In this document: positions 13,200 through 27,100 of the stretch, piece after piece
Position numbering within the stretch: the stretch's first letter is position 1
Layout: the number at the start of each line of letters is the position of its first letter
Source of the DNA: Klebsormidium nitens
Taxonomy: Eukaryota > Plantae > Klebsormidiophyceae
DNA: 64,000 nucleotides
Assembly (NCBI GenBank): GCA_000708835.1
Contig: DF237443.1
Location: 7,196 to 71,195 of the forward strand
Direction of reading: 5' to 3'
The notes under the pieces: generated by a model
Database searches by the model: none
What the model saw: only the letters and a program-made list of their open reading frames with translations
What the model was told of the DNA's origin: nothing
Position numbers and translations under genes: made by a program

Positions 13200-13450
13200 A
13201 GTACTCCGAACTTCTCATAGACGATTCGGAGTCGTTTAAAACCGCATGCTCGGTGTGACTTTGCGATTTTCTGCCATTCTACGGGTAGGTTTGATATCTC
13301 CAAGAAAGTCGCGCAAGGTCTCACTTCTACGTACAATTTAGAATTGTGCGGACCAGCCGCACACTTCCGCACACTCGTGTGTGGCGCTTTTGAGCACAGA
13401 TGCCTACTTTTGTGCGCCAAGATATTCGGGGTTGTTGAACACTAGTTGTG
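13200..13450 (-). pseudogene. Possible Copia RNase H remnant
   Basis: HKSRHL...H..VRKCAAG....LYV resembles the H.RSKHI...H.VRE.V..G...L.YV motif of Copia RNase H. Confidence 0.3.
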
Positions 13451-13619
13451 ACGTTTATGAAGCCAGGTATCTTTTTAGTGGTGACAACATCATCAAGACC
13501 ATGACAAAGCTCATTGTGACTGTGGCCGGGCACATGCACAGGTATAGGACCGTTGATCGAAGCCATAACATGTGAATGATTGATGACTAGATATAGATTG
13601 TAATTGTAATTTGGTTAAA

Positions 13620-14700
13620 CGTCGGTTCGGAGTGGTGACCGCCTAAGTCGACGAGTGTTCTAAGATGTTAGCTCGCTTCTCTAATGCTAGGTGCAAGTAT
13701 CTACCAACTGCAGATTTATCCTGCATATTGAGGAAAGCTTTTAAATCTCTATCGTCCCTATCCTTCGGCTACGTGATAGAAAGCCAAGCGGAGATCACTA
13801 TAGGCAGGGCGTTCAAACACGAAATGTCCTGCTGATTCTACCGCCCCGGTGTTGCAAACGTGGCAGATCCGCTCGCTACGCTCTTCGGTTTTGCCAACTC
13901 CCTGTTTCTATGGCCAGTCTATGGGCTCCTACTCTGAATTTGGCTAGTGTGGCGAAGTACTCAGACACACCAATCTGATCTAGATAGCATTCAAATAGAT
14001 ATCCCTCTTTGACAGACTCAAAATACGTGCAGTACTTTCGACCGTATCCCTCCCTTAGATCCTGCATGTATGCCATTTCAGACCTTTCTTGACGGTAGAA
14101 CAGGATTCAGGACACCTGTCCTCTCCTCGATCGACACAACTTTCGCAGGCTTTTCTTACGACCTCTGCATACCACCCGCCTTTGTTTGGTGCCCAGATTT
14201 CTTTCGACTCTTCGAACGCTAAACGGGCTAGTCAGTCTAAGGGAAGGCTGGCCGTCCGGTTTACAGATTTGAAAGTCTGGGCCCATCGCTTAACGACCAA
14301 GGGAAACCGACCGAACTCTCCTAAAACGGCCTTTGACAGCGTTGATTTCCGAACCCTAAGCAAACCTCGTAAGAACGCCCGATGAACCCTCTCTGGGCCG
14401 TCCCCCTCGCCACTCCAACCCCACACCGGACCGTAGCCAGGACCCTAGACTTCCGCGCCGTACGCAAGGATTGGACTGACCAGATGATCAAACAAACCCA
14501 CTCTCGTGCTTGTCTTCCGCAACCCCAACTCGCCACACCTTCGGTCCATTGCAAAATTGCTGCCTTCCGCCCCGCTTCCGCTAGATGCTGAACTGCTTGC
14601 TTAAACCTTCCGTTGCAACAGACCTGGACTCCTAGATATCGATAGCTCTGGACGATTTCCATGCCCTCTCCACCATAGCTAAAGGTGTGCTTCCTTCGCT
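13620..14700 (-). mobile_element. 5'-truncated non-LTR retrotransposon (LINE): RT C-terminus plus Cys/His knuckle
   Basis: EIVQSYRYLGV, RAFLRGLLRVRKST...AVLGEFGRFP, LAKFRVGAHRLAIETGSW and ERICHVCNTGAVESAGHFVFE are typical of LINE ORF2 C-termini. Broken by stops and frameshifts. Confidence 0.8.
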
Positions 14701-15856
14701 GGCTGCTAAATTGGCCCCCAAAGACGACGACTCTACGTCTTTTGCAGGTTTCCCAAAAGACCGCTCTCTTCTGAAAACTTCTCTAATAGCGCCAAATTAC
14801 GTTGCAAGCCCTCCGAATTTGTCGAACGAATAGAATTCACGTGATTCCCATAGGAGTGCTAGTTCTGTAGACGTTGCACATAGTAGATGCCAGCATACTA
14901 TAGCCGATATTGCTTTCGCAGCGCTACTAGATGGCATGACGTTACAGGGCCGTTCCAGACCTTACCAGGTGTACTTTCGAAGCCGCTGTTGTCCAAGAAC
15001 GAACATGAATACCTACAATAGACTTCATTAAATGAATAGTTACATTGAAGTAGTAGACTCAACTAGTAGTTTAGTCCATGTTGTTTCCCATCATAAACGT
15101 AGAAGCAGCTGACTGCATTCGTCACGGAAATTAGATAGTATCAAACTTATAAAGTGAAGCTAGTATCAAACTTATGAAGTGAATCTTGATCTGTATTAAG
15201 GCCGCTAGATTCGAGATTTCTCCTCATAACCTAACTTGGATCAAGGTTATCAAGAACGGCCGTTTGGCCAATTGGCCGAACATTCTCAAGTGGTATCTTG
15301 TGGTGTATGGTTGAGCGGGGACCCTCTTAGTATTCAAAATCGCATAGCCTCCAAGCTTACGGAAAGCGTGGTTACCAACATATTGATCCAACCCTTGGCA
15401 ATTTACAAGCGGGCCCGGAAGGCTTTAAAGAGGGCGTCGTGGGACATGTCCCACCTCCGGCGACAGAAAGGCCCGTACATAGCTGTTTTGATCGCTCAAT
15501 GCCCATGACAACATACTTTTGGTTGCGACACCGCAGGTGGTGCCCATGCCATGCATGAAGTCGCCGCGCAGCCACGTGACGTGGGGTATACCTAGTCTGA
15601 CGCCCTCTTTAACGCGATGATGTGAGTTTTTGGGAAACATCACCATCCACGCACAGCCGGGCTAATGCCACCCAGTTAACTTTTAACTCTTGAGAAGGTG
15701 ACGGTGACGGTGGCGGTTGATAGGAAGAGCAGTGACTTCAAAGAGCAAAGGTGCACCTTGAATGCAGAGGTACGCAACTCAAAGGTGAAATCGGTGGGCA
15801 GCACAAGGGTACTACAAGCCGGTCAGCACTGGACCGAAACGCAATCCCGCATCCCG

Positions 15857-18635
15857 TCACTTCGTGGTCGCTTTCTTCTTGGCGGGCCCCACTTGGCCGA
15901 ACTGCACCTTGACCCCCGCGAAGCCTGGCCGGAAGAGGTCCTTGGAGAAGTCGTAGACCATGGCCTCGTGCAGCGTCACCCCGATGCCCTGCCACGTCCA
16001 CACCCGGATCTTGGCCTCGCCCGTGAGGCCCACCCCGACCCACCCCACCCCCGACAGCGCCACGTCCAGGCTGCTGCGCTCCCACGAGTCCCCCGCCACG
16101 TCGATCGTGCGCGGCTGCCACTTGCCCAGCGCTGCCACGCGCTCCCAGTCGCCCTCCGGCGGCACGAGCGTGCTGCCGCAGTGCTTCTCCAGCGTGGCCT
16201 GCGCCGTCGCCGTCTTGCCCAGGTGCGTCACCACGTCCGCCGAGGCCCACACCGTGAGGTAGATGGTGGCGCCCGGCGCGGCCAGCACGTCGATGCGCGC
16301 CAGGCCCCCCACGTGCACCGACTGCCCGACGGCGGTGCGGTACGTGCGTGGGGTGAGCGGCTTGCGCGGCAGCACGAGGCGCAGCTCGTCGGGCGTGAGG
16401 CGCGTGGTGGCCTGGTGCGGGTGCAGCAGGCCGGGCGTGTCGAAGAGGCGCACCTTGTTGGGCAGCACCCCGTCCAGCGGCACCACCCCGACCGTCGTCC
16501 CCGGCACGCCCGCCTCCGTCAGCGCGGGCCGCCGCGTCTCGTTCACCTTGCCCAGCGCGTTGATCAGGCTGGACTTGCCCGCGTTCTGCGCCCCAATGAC
16601 CCACACGTCCCCGCGCGGGCCGGCCAGCGTGCACAGCGTGTGCGACAGGTCGCGGATGCCGTACACCTTGAGGCTGCTCACGATGCTCACCGCCGCCAGA
16701 GGGGGGGCACCCGCTGCGCGCGCGCGCCGCCGCACCCACTGCTCCAGGCGGACGTGGCCCACCACCTTGGGCAGCAGGTCCACCTGCGCGCAGAGGAGGG
16801 GCGGGAAGCAGGGTCAGGGGGTGGCAGGTACGAGGACACGAGGACGGGATGGAGGGAATAGGAGGACAAAGTTATGAGCACGTGCGCGGATGACTTCTCG
16901 ACTAGTGTGCCTGCTGCGGGAGTTCGATGTGCGATGGTTACCTTATTGACGACGAGCACAAGCCGCGGCGAAGCGGTGGGGTTGTCTGCCTCCACTTGGA
17001 GCAGCACATCGGCGGCGCGGCGCGGGAACGAGCCGTCGAAGTCCGCTGCGTCCACCACCATGGCCACCACGGGGCGAGGCCGGCCGGGCGCAGTCTTGCG
17101 CAGGCGACCACCAATGACGCGCTCAAAGTCGAAGTCGGGCAGCAGGTTCTCGAGGGCCCGGTCCTTGACCTTCCTGCACACACATACAGGAGACCCGTCA
17201 TACCCCGGCCAGGCCCCTGTATGCTGTGCATCGTTTGGGGAGGTCGCACCAGGCTCAGTGGCAAGGTTCAACATCTTCGCCGCTGTTGCCGGGGCCCAGT
17301 CCGACCTGCTGGGCAGCATGGCTGCCGCTCTGACCAGGCGAGCAGATCGGCGGCGGCCCTCACCCGGTGTGGCGCAGGGCATGGCAGCGCGTGCACACCA
17401 CAGCCTTCTCCCGCTCCACCTCCTGCTCCACGCGCGGTGCGCGCCGGCGCCGCTCCTGGGCTGGGCCCCCGGCCTCGTCGGCATCGTCCTCGTCGTCCAG
17501 GAAGCCGTCCAGCTGCGCTGCGCTGGCCAGCAGGCCCGCGTCCAGCCCCGGCGGGAGCGCCACGGTGCGCAGGCCGGCCAGCGCCTCGTCCACGCTGCTG
17601 TAGCCAATGGCGGCCAGGTCCTCCGCGGAGATGTCCTGCTCCTCCTCCTCCAGCAGCGCGTCCCACTCCGCAGCAGGGTCCACGCGCCGGGGCGGGGCCG
17701 CCTCCTCCACCACCAGGCCCTGCGCCTTGAGCGCCTCCGCCTCCTCGTCTGACAGCACCTGCGCAGGCCAACAGAGCAGCGGGGCATATGAGAACACGCA
17801 TGAAATCCGCGAGCGGCCAAGGACGGGGGAGCATGCTGCCAATCACACAGTGCCCAGGCTGCACCCAAGTTCACAGATTTGACAAAGACACAACATGTAA
17901 GCTCTGCCCCCAGTGCGGCTCGCCCTGATGGGCGCTCCTGCCGCGGCTCACCCTGGCGGCCAGCCGGTCCTGGTCGCCGCGGGGCTCCTCCTTGGGCCGC
18001 CGGTAGTAGCCCGGCAGCGCGGGCTGCTTGTCCTGCATCTGCACGCCGCACCCCGGGCAGATGGGTGGGCCCCGCATACGCGACGTCAGCTGCACCCCCA
18101 CCCCCCCACGCACCTCCCCCTCACTGGGGCCAGGCACCCCTGTCTCGTGCACAGCAGCCTGGAGCCGCTGCAGCGTCCGCTCCCGGCGCTCCGTGGGGGT
18201 CAGCTTGCGCGGCGCAATGGCCGGTACCCCCGACCCCTGCTCCCCCCGCTGGCTGTGTGCAGCGCTGGAGTGTTCGCGCGCGGCCGCCGGCGACCTGAGC
18301 GCCCCGCTGGTCACAGGGCCACCAGGGGAGGATGCCAGGCCTAGGGGCGCATGGTGCCCCAGCCCAGCCTGTGGGGGTTGGACTGTTCCTCCAAGTGCAA
18401 ATGGCGCCCCTCCCCCCCAGTTGGCCGCAGCCCAGCCTGGCAGTGGTGAGGTCAGCGGAGCATGCTGGAGGGCCGTGAGGGTGTGATGGCCGGGGTGGTG
18501 GCACGTGGCAGGGCCAGCGCTGGAGGCCAGGCGCAGCGCAGCGCCCTGGGGCAGCGGCTGCGCAGCCCGGGCCAAGCCTGCAGCGAGCGGCATCAGGGGG
18601 AAGCGAAACACACGCACAGCTGAGCTGCACTGCAT
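15857..18635 (-). CDS. BPG2: YqeH-type circularly permuted GTPase, plastid BPG2-like; 4 exons (18635-17952, 17758-17364, 17173-16942, 16783-15857), 745 aa
   Basis: Transit-peptide-like N-terminus; CPGCG..Q...PGYY and VVCTRCHALRH zinc motifs; VVDAADFDGSFP; NKVD (G4) before GAQNAGKSSLIN (G1), GTT (G2) and DTPG (G3). All GT-AG junctions are in phase. Confidence 0.9.
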
Positions 18636-19325
18636 TCAAGACACGGCGAATGGCTGGCGCGGAGACACAGGGCGAAAAACTTCACATGGCGCGCCGCTGT
18701 TAAACGTCAATCAAGAGATACCTGACCAGCACTGCAGCTATCAGAAATGCCTCTCCATCCCGTTTCGGAATTGCGCGGCGCTTCGCCACCATTTTGGTGG
18801 TCCTCCTTGGATGCTTGGACCAATTCGTTAACAATTATGCACGCGGTCTGACGCCAGTTCTGAAGCCCTCTTTGTCGACGGTTCTTCTTCATTTAATATG
18901 TAACAGTACTCCCTGCAATTCGAGTCTGCGTCACACCGCGCCACGTCGGGCAGCCACCGTTACCGCTATGTAAGATCTTACCCATTGGAATTTTGCAGAC
19001 CTACAAATTCAATCGAACGGCCTTCAAATCTGCCGAAGATCCTGAGCACTCCCTTTGGGTGCTCGAGTCAGACTCATACTAGAACCTATCATGTACTATT
19101 AATATTAGTCTATGTATAGGTCCCAGGTCCAGGCCTCTGATCAATCTGTTCACACTGCAGGATACTTAGGCGGGTGATCAAGCTGCTGAGCCTGAGCCTG
19201 AGGCCTGCACAATTGTCTTCATACCAGATCAGATTGCCCCATTCAGAGTGACACGAGGCCTTCAGGGTTTTGCGGGGCTCAGGAAGCTCTAAGTGGCGGT
19301 GCGGTGTGCTGGAGCAGCAGTGCGC

Positions 19326-22300
19326 ATGGCCTTGCAAGTGAGCTGCACTGCAAGCTGGCAGTGGCCCAATTGACGATCTACTTTTGGCACCTGCAGATCT
19401 TCTTCAGCTGTGAACCATCATCCATAATCAGCCACATGTTTGCACACAACTTTGTTGCATCCTAGATTGGTAGTAGGTTACGTCTCTTGCGCTTCCTCAC
19501 TTTTCGCCCTCTCACAGGCATACAGGGCGGCGCTCTTCCTTGGGTCTGGAGCTTTGAACTTCACGCGGAATGCTTATCTGTAGGTGACCTGTCCCACTGC
19601 GCAAACCTTGTGCTGCTGGTGAACTGCAAGATGATTCCTCTGACCTGGTTGTTTTCCCATCACATGGCGAGAAGTTTTGATATCTCAGCTCAGCACCGTG
19701 ATCCTGCGGTAGTTCACAGACATGAACCCTTGTGTGGCTCAGCCTGTCCTCAAACTCCTCTACAAGCTGTGTTGCTTCAGGATGTGTTGCACATTTCTTC
19801 ATACCGGCAGTAAAAGAAGGAAAGATGAAAGGTGGCAGGAACTTGGGCGTGCTTCTGCGTGCCGGCTTGGCCGTGTTCCTGACGGTGTGCTCTCTCTGGT
19901 GGTGCGCGTGCAGGAAGCATGCCCAGTCCTTCAGCGAGGCGGACCTCGACGTGGACCTCACCGGCCAGTACGCCATCATCTCGGGTGAGCCCGGCAGCCG
20001 CCTCCTGTGTGCCGTTACGGCCGCTGGCCGTTGTATCTGCCATCTCTGGCCTGCTGGAGGCCTGGCTCCTGTGGACGGGGACTGCAGCCGCCTCTCCTTT
20101 CACAGCCCCCGGCGTGTCTGCAAGCATCTGCACCCTGACCAGCGTGCGACGTCTTCCCAGGGGGGAGCGCTGGCATTGGGCGCGCGCTGGCAGAGGGCTT
20201 AGCCACACGGTGAGGGGCGGCAGGGCAGCCCTCGCAGTCCCTTGCGCCGTGCCGCAGCAGCCTGGGTAGCACCCCTGCCCTTGCAGGACAAGACTCTTCT
20301 GGCCCAGACGAATTCCACGGGGTTGCTTGCGCTGAGGCTGCTTGGTGCACTAGTCTGCACCGGGGTTCTGTCTGGCCCCCTGCTTCTCCTGGTGACCATC
20401 ACTANNNNNNNNNNNNNNNNNNNNNNNNNNNNNNNNNNNNNNNNNNNNNNNNNNNNNNNNNNNNNNNNNNNNNNNNNNNNNNNNNNNNNNNNNNNNNNNN
20501 NNNNNNNNNNNNNNNNNNNNNNNNNNNNNNNNNNNNNNNNNNNNNNNNNNNNNNNNNNNNNNNNNNNNNNNNNNNNNNNNNNNNNNNNNNNNNNNNNNNN
20601 NNNNNNNNNNNNNNNNNNNNNNNNNNNNNNNNNNNNNNNNNNNNNNNNNNNNNNNNNNNNNNNNNNNNNNNNNNNNNNNNNNNNNNNNNNNNNNNNNNNN
20701 NNNNNNNNNNNNNNNNNNNNNNNNNNNNNNNNNNNNNNNNNNNNNNNNNNNNNNNNNNNNNNNNNNNNNNNNNNNNNNNNNNNNNNNNNNNNNNNNNNNN
20801 NNNNNNNNNNNNNNNNNNNNNNNNNNNNNNNNNNNNNNNNNNNNNNNNNNNNNNNNNNNNNNNNNNNNNNNNNNNNNNNNNNNNNNNNNNNNNNNNNNNN
20901 NNNNNNNNNNNNNNNNNNNNNNNNNNNNNNNNNNNNNNNNNNNNNNNNNNNNNNNNNNNNNNNNNNNNNNNNNNNNNNNNNNNNNNNNNNNNNNGCAAGA
21001 TCTTGCAGGGGGGCTTCAGTGTGCATCCTGTGCCGGAGCCAGGCCAAAGGAGAGGCGGCGGTGCGCGAAATCGCCGCCAGTACCGGCAACCAGCGGCTGT
21101 CCTGCGAGGTGCCGCCCCGTCCGCCCTTTTCTCCACACAGGCAAAATGCCCCTGCCTGACCCCCCCTCAATTCTGAACTCTTGTGCCCTTGTTTGCAGAA
21201 GCGGTGCACTTGGCCATGGAGCTTGCGGCCCCCCCTGCTTGTACAGCTTGGCCGCCCAGGTGCCGAGGGGCCTCTTGAGCGCGCCACCACTGGCAGCGCG
21301 TCCTCTGCGTTGGCCCACCCGTGCTGCCCCTTGTGTGGCAGGCATGTGACGTGTCCAGCCTGGCTGCCGTGCGCGCGTTTGCTGCGGCGTACGTTGCGCG
21401 GGGCGTGCCGCTGCACCTGCTCGTGCACAACGCGGGGGTGATGCTCCACGAGCGGCAGGTCACGCCCGAGGGCGTGGAGGCCAACTTCGCGACCAACACG
21501 CTGGGGCCGTACGCCCTGACGGAGCTGCTGCTGCCGCTGCTGGTACAGAGTGCGCCAGCTAAGGTGGGCCGCCCCGCCCCGCCTGGGGACCCACTCGTGC
21601 CGCAGCTACAGCGCAGCCATGGCCAGCGTGAGGGTGACCGGGGGAAGAGGCACGGGCATGCCCTCCCAGGCAGAGGCAGGGATGCGGACAGCTGCTTGAC
21701 AGGGTATGCGCCACAAAGTGTCTCGTATCATCCACGTGTGTTGCCTAGAGGCTCCTCCAACGGGCCTTTGCCAATGCGACAGGCACGTGTCCACTCTCTC
21801 TGCCGCCGAGGCCGTCCGTCCAATGACCCCGTCGTTGTGCGGTGGCCATGCATGCAGGTGGTGATGGTTTCTACGGGGGGCGTGCTGAGTGAGCCACTGG
21901 AGGTGGACGACGTCGAGTGGGCGCGCAGCGGCCGCTTCAACGGCACGCGCCAGTACGCGCGCAACAAGCGGCAGCAGCTCGCGCTCGTGGAGCACTGGAT
22001 GGAGGTGAGCGCGGGCAGAGCGGGAGTACCTGCGACTCTTCCGTGGCTCGCACTGAGGGAAGGCTTCTCTGCTTGTACGGATCTTTTGTCGCTATCACTG
22101 CGCCATGCAGCCGGAGAGTCCTTTCGGGCGGACTTGCATCCTCGGTGTGCTGCTGCGTGTGCAGGTGGCCCGCACCCCGGGCGTGGCCTTCTTGAGCATG
22201 CACCCCGGGTGGGTGGACACCGCCACGCTGCGCCACGCCATGCCCGCCTTCTACACCAGGTGCGCACCGCGTGGGATCGGAGGCGCGTTGCTGCGATCGG

Positions 22301-22776
22301 CGTTTGGTGGTAAACCAATGTCTTTCTTGCTGCCAGCCTGCCAAGGCACACTGCCAGGTTGCAGCAGCGTGAATGATTGTATTAAGAGGTTTGCCCGCCC
22401 GTCGGGCGGCCCCTGATTGTTCAGCCCCGTGAAGCAGGCTGCGTACTACTTGTCATTAGGGGCCTGCTTGCGAACCCAGCGGATATGTCAGGGACGCTGT
22501 GGCTGAGGTGGATTATTTGCTGCCGTTGGCAGGTTCCGCAGCCGACTGCGAACAGCGGAGCAAGGTGCGGACACGATCTTGTGGCTGGCGTGCGTTGCCA
22601 AGGCGATGCTGGTGTCGGGGGAGTTTTACTTCGACCGCAACATTGCGGCCAAGCACTTAACCGGAGCTGGCACCCAGTATACACCAAAGCAGAGAGAGAA
22701 GCTGTTCGAGAAAGTCACGAGCATTTACGAGCGGACCTTGACAGGCCTGACTGCGAAAGTTGCCGAAGCTACGTGA
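19326..22776 (+). CDS. Short-chain dehydrogenase/reductase, DHRS12-like; exons 19326-19337, 19518-19579, 19914-19984, one or more in the N-gap, about 21009-21108, 21342-21563, 21858-22004, 22165-22259, 22533-22776
   Basis: LLVHNAGVM, FATNTLGPY, YARNK (YxxxK), SMHPGWVDT, RTAEQGADTILWL and GEFYFDR. The glycine-rich TGxxxGxG exon is lost in the gap at 20405-20994. Confidence 0.88.
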
Positions 22777-24110
22777 GAATCTAAAAGGGCCGTTCGTGTA
22801 TGGTTATAGTCTGGTGGCTTGTTGATGCAACTTGCCCTGGATTACGTGCGTGCCACAAACATCCAGGTGCTGCATGTTTTTTGCCAGTATGTGGTATACG
22901 AAATCCTATTTAAAAACTTATGCAAGTTGTATACGCAGCCTCTTCGTTCTATACCTTCGGCTAATCAAGCACTGACCGTGATCGTGCACACGAGCCAATA
23001 TTTTGCAAGACATACTGATGGGCACGGTTCTATACGGCTTAAAATGCTGATTATGCCGACATGCCGGTATGATGGACAGCATGTGTGATCGCATACGATT
23101 AACCGTCAGAGGGCATGTCTGCGTGCTCAGTGATAATCATGGTTGGCTAAGGGATCGACGGCGTTCAATATCCAAATGCTTAACGAAGCCTATATTGCAC
23201 TTTAAACTGTTGGTATGGTGTATAGCGATGTCTAACTATTATTTAGCCGACCGTCAACATGCATAATCATGTTAGGCCGATTAATCATCATCAAGGCGGC
23301 GCCATATGCATAAGGCCCATGTGTCTCTCGCGAGCAAAGCCTAGCGGCGCAGACCGCGGACATGGTTGAGTTGAGTACACGATGACCACGCTTCTACATA
23401 TCCAGTTTAATCCAATTCATCTTTACATCCTAGCATGTGGACGTAGCGACCATCATGCACAGCTGCTGGTTCTCAGGTCGCCTACTTGCTTCCGAAGCGG
23501 CTGTAACATTTAGAAAGACAGTACAGCGGTCCATCTGACAATTGGTGATCATGGATCCCCAATCAATTCATTCGGTTCTGAAAAGTTGGTCCAACACCAG
23601 CCCGTAGAATCGAGCAAATGCATTGCAAACTGATGATGGTTGATACATGAATACTACAGTAACAGGTCTTGACGCCACCTCCTGGCCTGGCTAGGTGACT
23701 CTGACCTCAACTCCTAATGTCTCTATGCATGTATGTGTCCGTCACCCGCTTTCAGATCCTTTTGACTTACGCAAGCATCGTTATTGTTAGGCAAGCCAGG
23801 CGATCATTGCTAGCATCGACAAAAGGTTGGCTTGCAACTACTTTCGGTCAAAGATAGAAAGCCGCACGTGCCTACGTATGATGGCAGTCAAGATCATCTT
23901 ACCCTAGTGATCACGATCGAGTCCTTTCAAGCGTGTAGTTTTTCAACTGTCCCTTTGCTAGTTCGCGTGATCGTTCTACAACTCGGAATGTTGCGTGCAG
24001 GGCTTCAGAACGTCCTTCCTTTGCATGCGGAAATTGCTGCGTATTACTGATTGCGGATGCAACCTACTCCTCAAACGGAGTAGCGGACGCCAGTCCATGG
24101 CTTTCAGTAT

Positions 24111-27100
24111 CTAGCTGGTGTGCCAGTGCTGCAACACCTGGCCCAACTTCTGCTTGTCCAACGGCTTTGCTGCACACGAAAGAATGATAACAGCGTGAAC
24201 CGGTGCCATGCCAGGCTACTTTCTGTCCTGGAGCAGACCTTGGGGCGTTGGCGTCGATCGGGTTATATCGAGCCTCGCTCTTTCACGCACCACGTTGGGA
24301 CACGTGCTTGGAACAAGTTAAAATAAAGAATATTACATGACCTGGGAAACGAAGCATCTTTAGCAGGCAAAGCCTCGGCTCAGCCGTTGCAAAGTACTCG
24401 ACAACGAAGCTGGATCTCGATACGGACAAGGAGCCGATGAAACTTCAACTCGGGTGCGCAACAAGTTGTTGGTAACCTGCTGCTGTCCAGCTATTTGAGG
24501 ACGACAAGTGCTGCAGAAGATCTTCGGGTCCGCCCAAAGAAAATCCATGTTCCACATCGCAGCAAGGTGCTGTAGCACACAACTATGACCATTGCCAGAG
24601 ACAACAATCGAGGACGGAGAAACTGCAGCAAGCCTGCTGTGATCGGCGATGCAGGGGGCCCGACATGGGCGGGGGTGGGCGCTTACCCAGGTAGTCGTCC
24701 ATGCCGGCGGCCATGCACTTCTCGCGCGTGCCCTTCATAACGTCTGCACGCACCAGGGACGAGCGACAGAGTCAGTTCGAGGCCACACGCCGACTATGGC
24801 TGCCCGGCTCAGCTGGGGGCCGCGCGCACCGGGGAGCTTGAGATGATGCCCGCTGCTTTGTCTCCCTTCCATGACCACCGAGCAAGCCAAGCCGGAAGAA
24901 CCTACACGGCCCCGTGGGTGGGAAGCTGCTCACCGGCTGTGAGGGCGATGATGGGCATCCGCGGCAGCTCCAGCGGGGCGAGACCGAGGCCCGAGGCACC
25001 GCCTGCCGCTGCAGTGGCGACCTTGTTGGCCAGCCGCGTCTTCCATTGCAGCAGCACCCCGCGTGGGCCCCCCGGCGCGCTCCTGCCGCTGGTTTCACAG
25101 GTGGAGGCCTCGGGCGCGGCGAGCTCCGCCAGGCAGCGGGCCTCCACCTCGCGGATGCGCGACGTGGCAGTGTACCTGCAGCAGCGAGGAGACAGCCGCT
25201 CACACGCACGGCAGGAGAAAGTCGGGCCAAGTACTGGGACTGGCACGGCCGCCTGGAGCGCATCCGGCCGAGCGAAAGAACATCGGTCCATGCAAGCGTT
25301 TGGCCGTGCAGAGGGTTCAAGACTTCGGGCCGGTTTGCAGTATGGACCTTTGAGCCAGCTGCAACCATCGTGGGCACCATGGTGCGCCTTGGGCCGCTTG
25401 AGCCCCATGCGCGCGCTCACCCGTCCATGCCGGGCATCTGCACGTCCATCAGGATGGCGTCGAAGGGCGGCCCCTCCCCCGCGAGGTGCCGCTGGAACGC
25501 GTCGATGGCGGCCTGCCCGCTATCGGCGCACACGGCGGTGGCGCGCATGCTCTCGAGCATGCGGGAGGCCACCTTGCGGTTGATGGGGCTGTCGTCCACC
25601 ACCAGCACGGCCAGCCCCTCCAGCGCGCGCCCCGGCATGCCCGCGTCCAGTGGCGTGCGCGGCGACGCCCCCTCCGCGCTGCTCGCAGGGGCCCCGCGCA
25701 GGCTGGGCTGCGGGGTGGGGTCCCCCGGGGGTGTCACAGGGCCCGGCTCTGCCGCGTCCGCCCCCTGCACGATCCTGAGCAGCGCCAGCCGGAGGGCCTG
25801 CTCCCGCAGCGGCCCTTCCATGACGGCCGCCCACCCCAGGCGCTCCGCTGCGGCGCCGTCCGCGGGCTGCCCCACCACGGCCACCAGTGCGGGCTCCCGC
25901 CCCCTTCCTAGGCCCCGCAACTGGGTGGTCAACACAGGGAGCACATCCAGATCGGGGCCCTCCAGGTGCGCCACCACCACGCTGGGGGGGCCCGGCGGCT
26001 CCTCCGTGTGCTGCAGCCCCGCAAGGGGACCGTCCAAGGTACGCGGAGCGAGCTTCAACAACTCGCCCGACAATCCCCTCCGCACACTGCCCAGGCTGGG
26101 ACTGCCGTCGCTGAAGCTGCTACCGGAGCCGCCTGACGTGGAAGCCTCGGAGGAGGATGAGCCGCTGAGAGAGAGGGAGGCGGGGTGGCTGGTGCGTGGG
26201 GAAACTCGGAGCTGGCGCAGGTAGCTGGCTGCGACCTCAGCACGTACCGGATTGCGGTCGACGACCAGGGCGCGCAGGCCGGCAAATGCTGCCAACAGAG
26301 GAGCAGAGCGGGGTGAAGTGCGGCAGGGGGTGCAGGGCCAGACAGCGACGGCATGAGGGGAAGAAGCGAGAGGCACCGAAGCAGTTGAGCCAGGCGGGTC
26401 AGTCGGCAGGAGACATGCAAACAGCAGGGCGCTAAAGACTTGTCGTGCAGCGGCAGCGAGGCTAGGCCACAACTCACGCGACGGCTTGTCAGGGATTGGC
26501 AGCGGCTCTGCGACGGGGCTGCCCGCTTTGGGCGACGTTGGGGGGTCGAGGCGGACGTGGAACTGGAAGAGGCTGCCCCGCTCCACCTGGCTGGCCACTG
26601 CCATGCCACCGTGCATCAACTTGGCCAACCGGTGCGAGATGTTCAGCCCGATGCCCGTCCCGCCGAAGTTCCTGCACGCACCACAACACCGGCATGTCAC
26701 CCGCCAGCATTATTGTGCGGCTCGACACCAGTCGGTTCGTGCACCCGCCGTGCAAGATGAATGTTGGAAAGAACGGGCAAGAAGTGCTGTAAGGGCGGTT
26801 GTGAGCTGATAAGCAGCTTGTGACGCCCGAATCACACTTGCATCCAGCCAGAGACGGCCAGGATTCCGGGTGCAGTATGCGTGCAGGACGAGGGGCCTGG
26901 CGCGGTGGTCACCTGCTGGTGCTGCTGTCCACCTGGCAGAAGGGGCGGAAGAGGCGGTCCCGGGCGTCCGCCGGCATGCCGATGCCCGTGTCCTGCAACA
27001 AAGGGATGTCAACAACTTGTGTGCAAGGTCAGGGCGGCACAAGGCCAGCCCGTCCAGAAAGAAGCAACGATACATTAGCTTCCGTCAGTCAACGATTGGG

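Noticed and set aside
15136-15185. 25-bp tandem duplication
   Set aside because: Ordinary local slippage duplication in decayed intergenic DNA.
342-21449. Long ORFs full of X (342-1250, 7381-8860, 20199-21449 and similar)
   Set aside because: They only span N-gaps and are not evidence of coding sequence.
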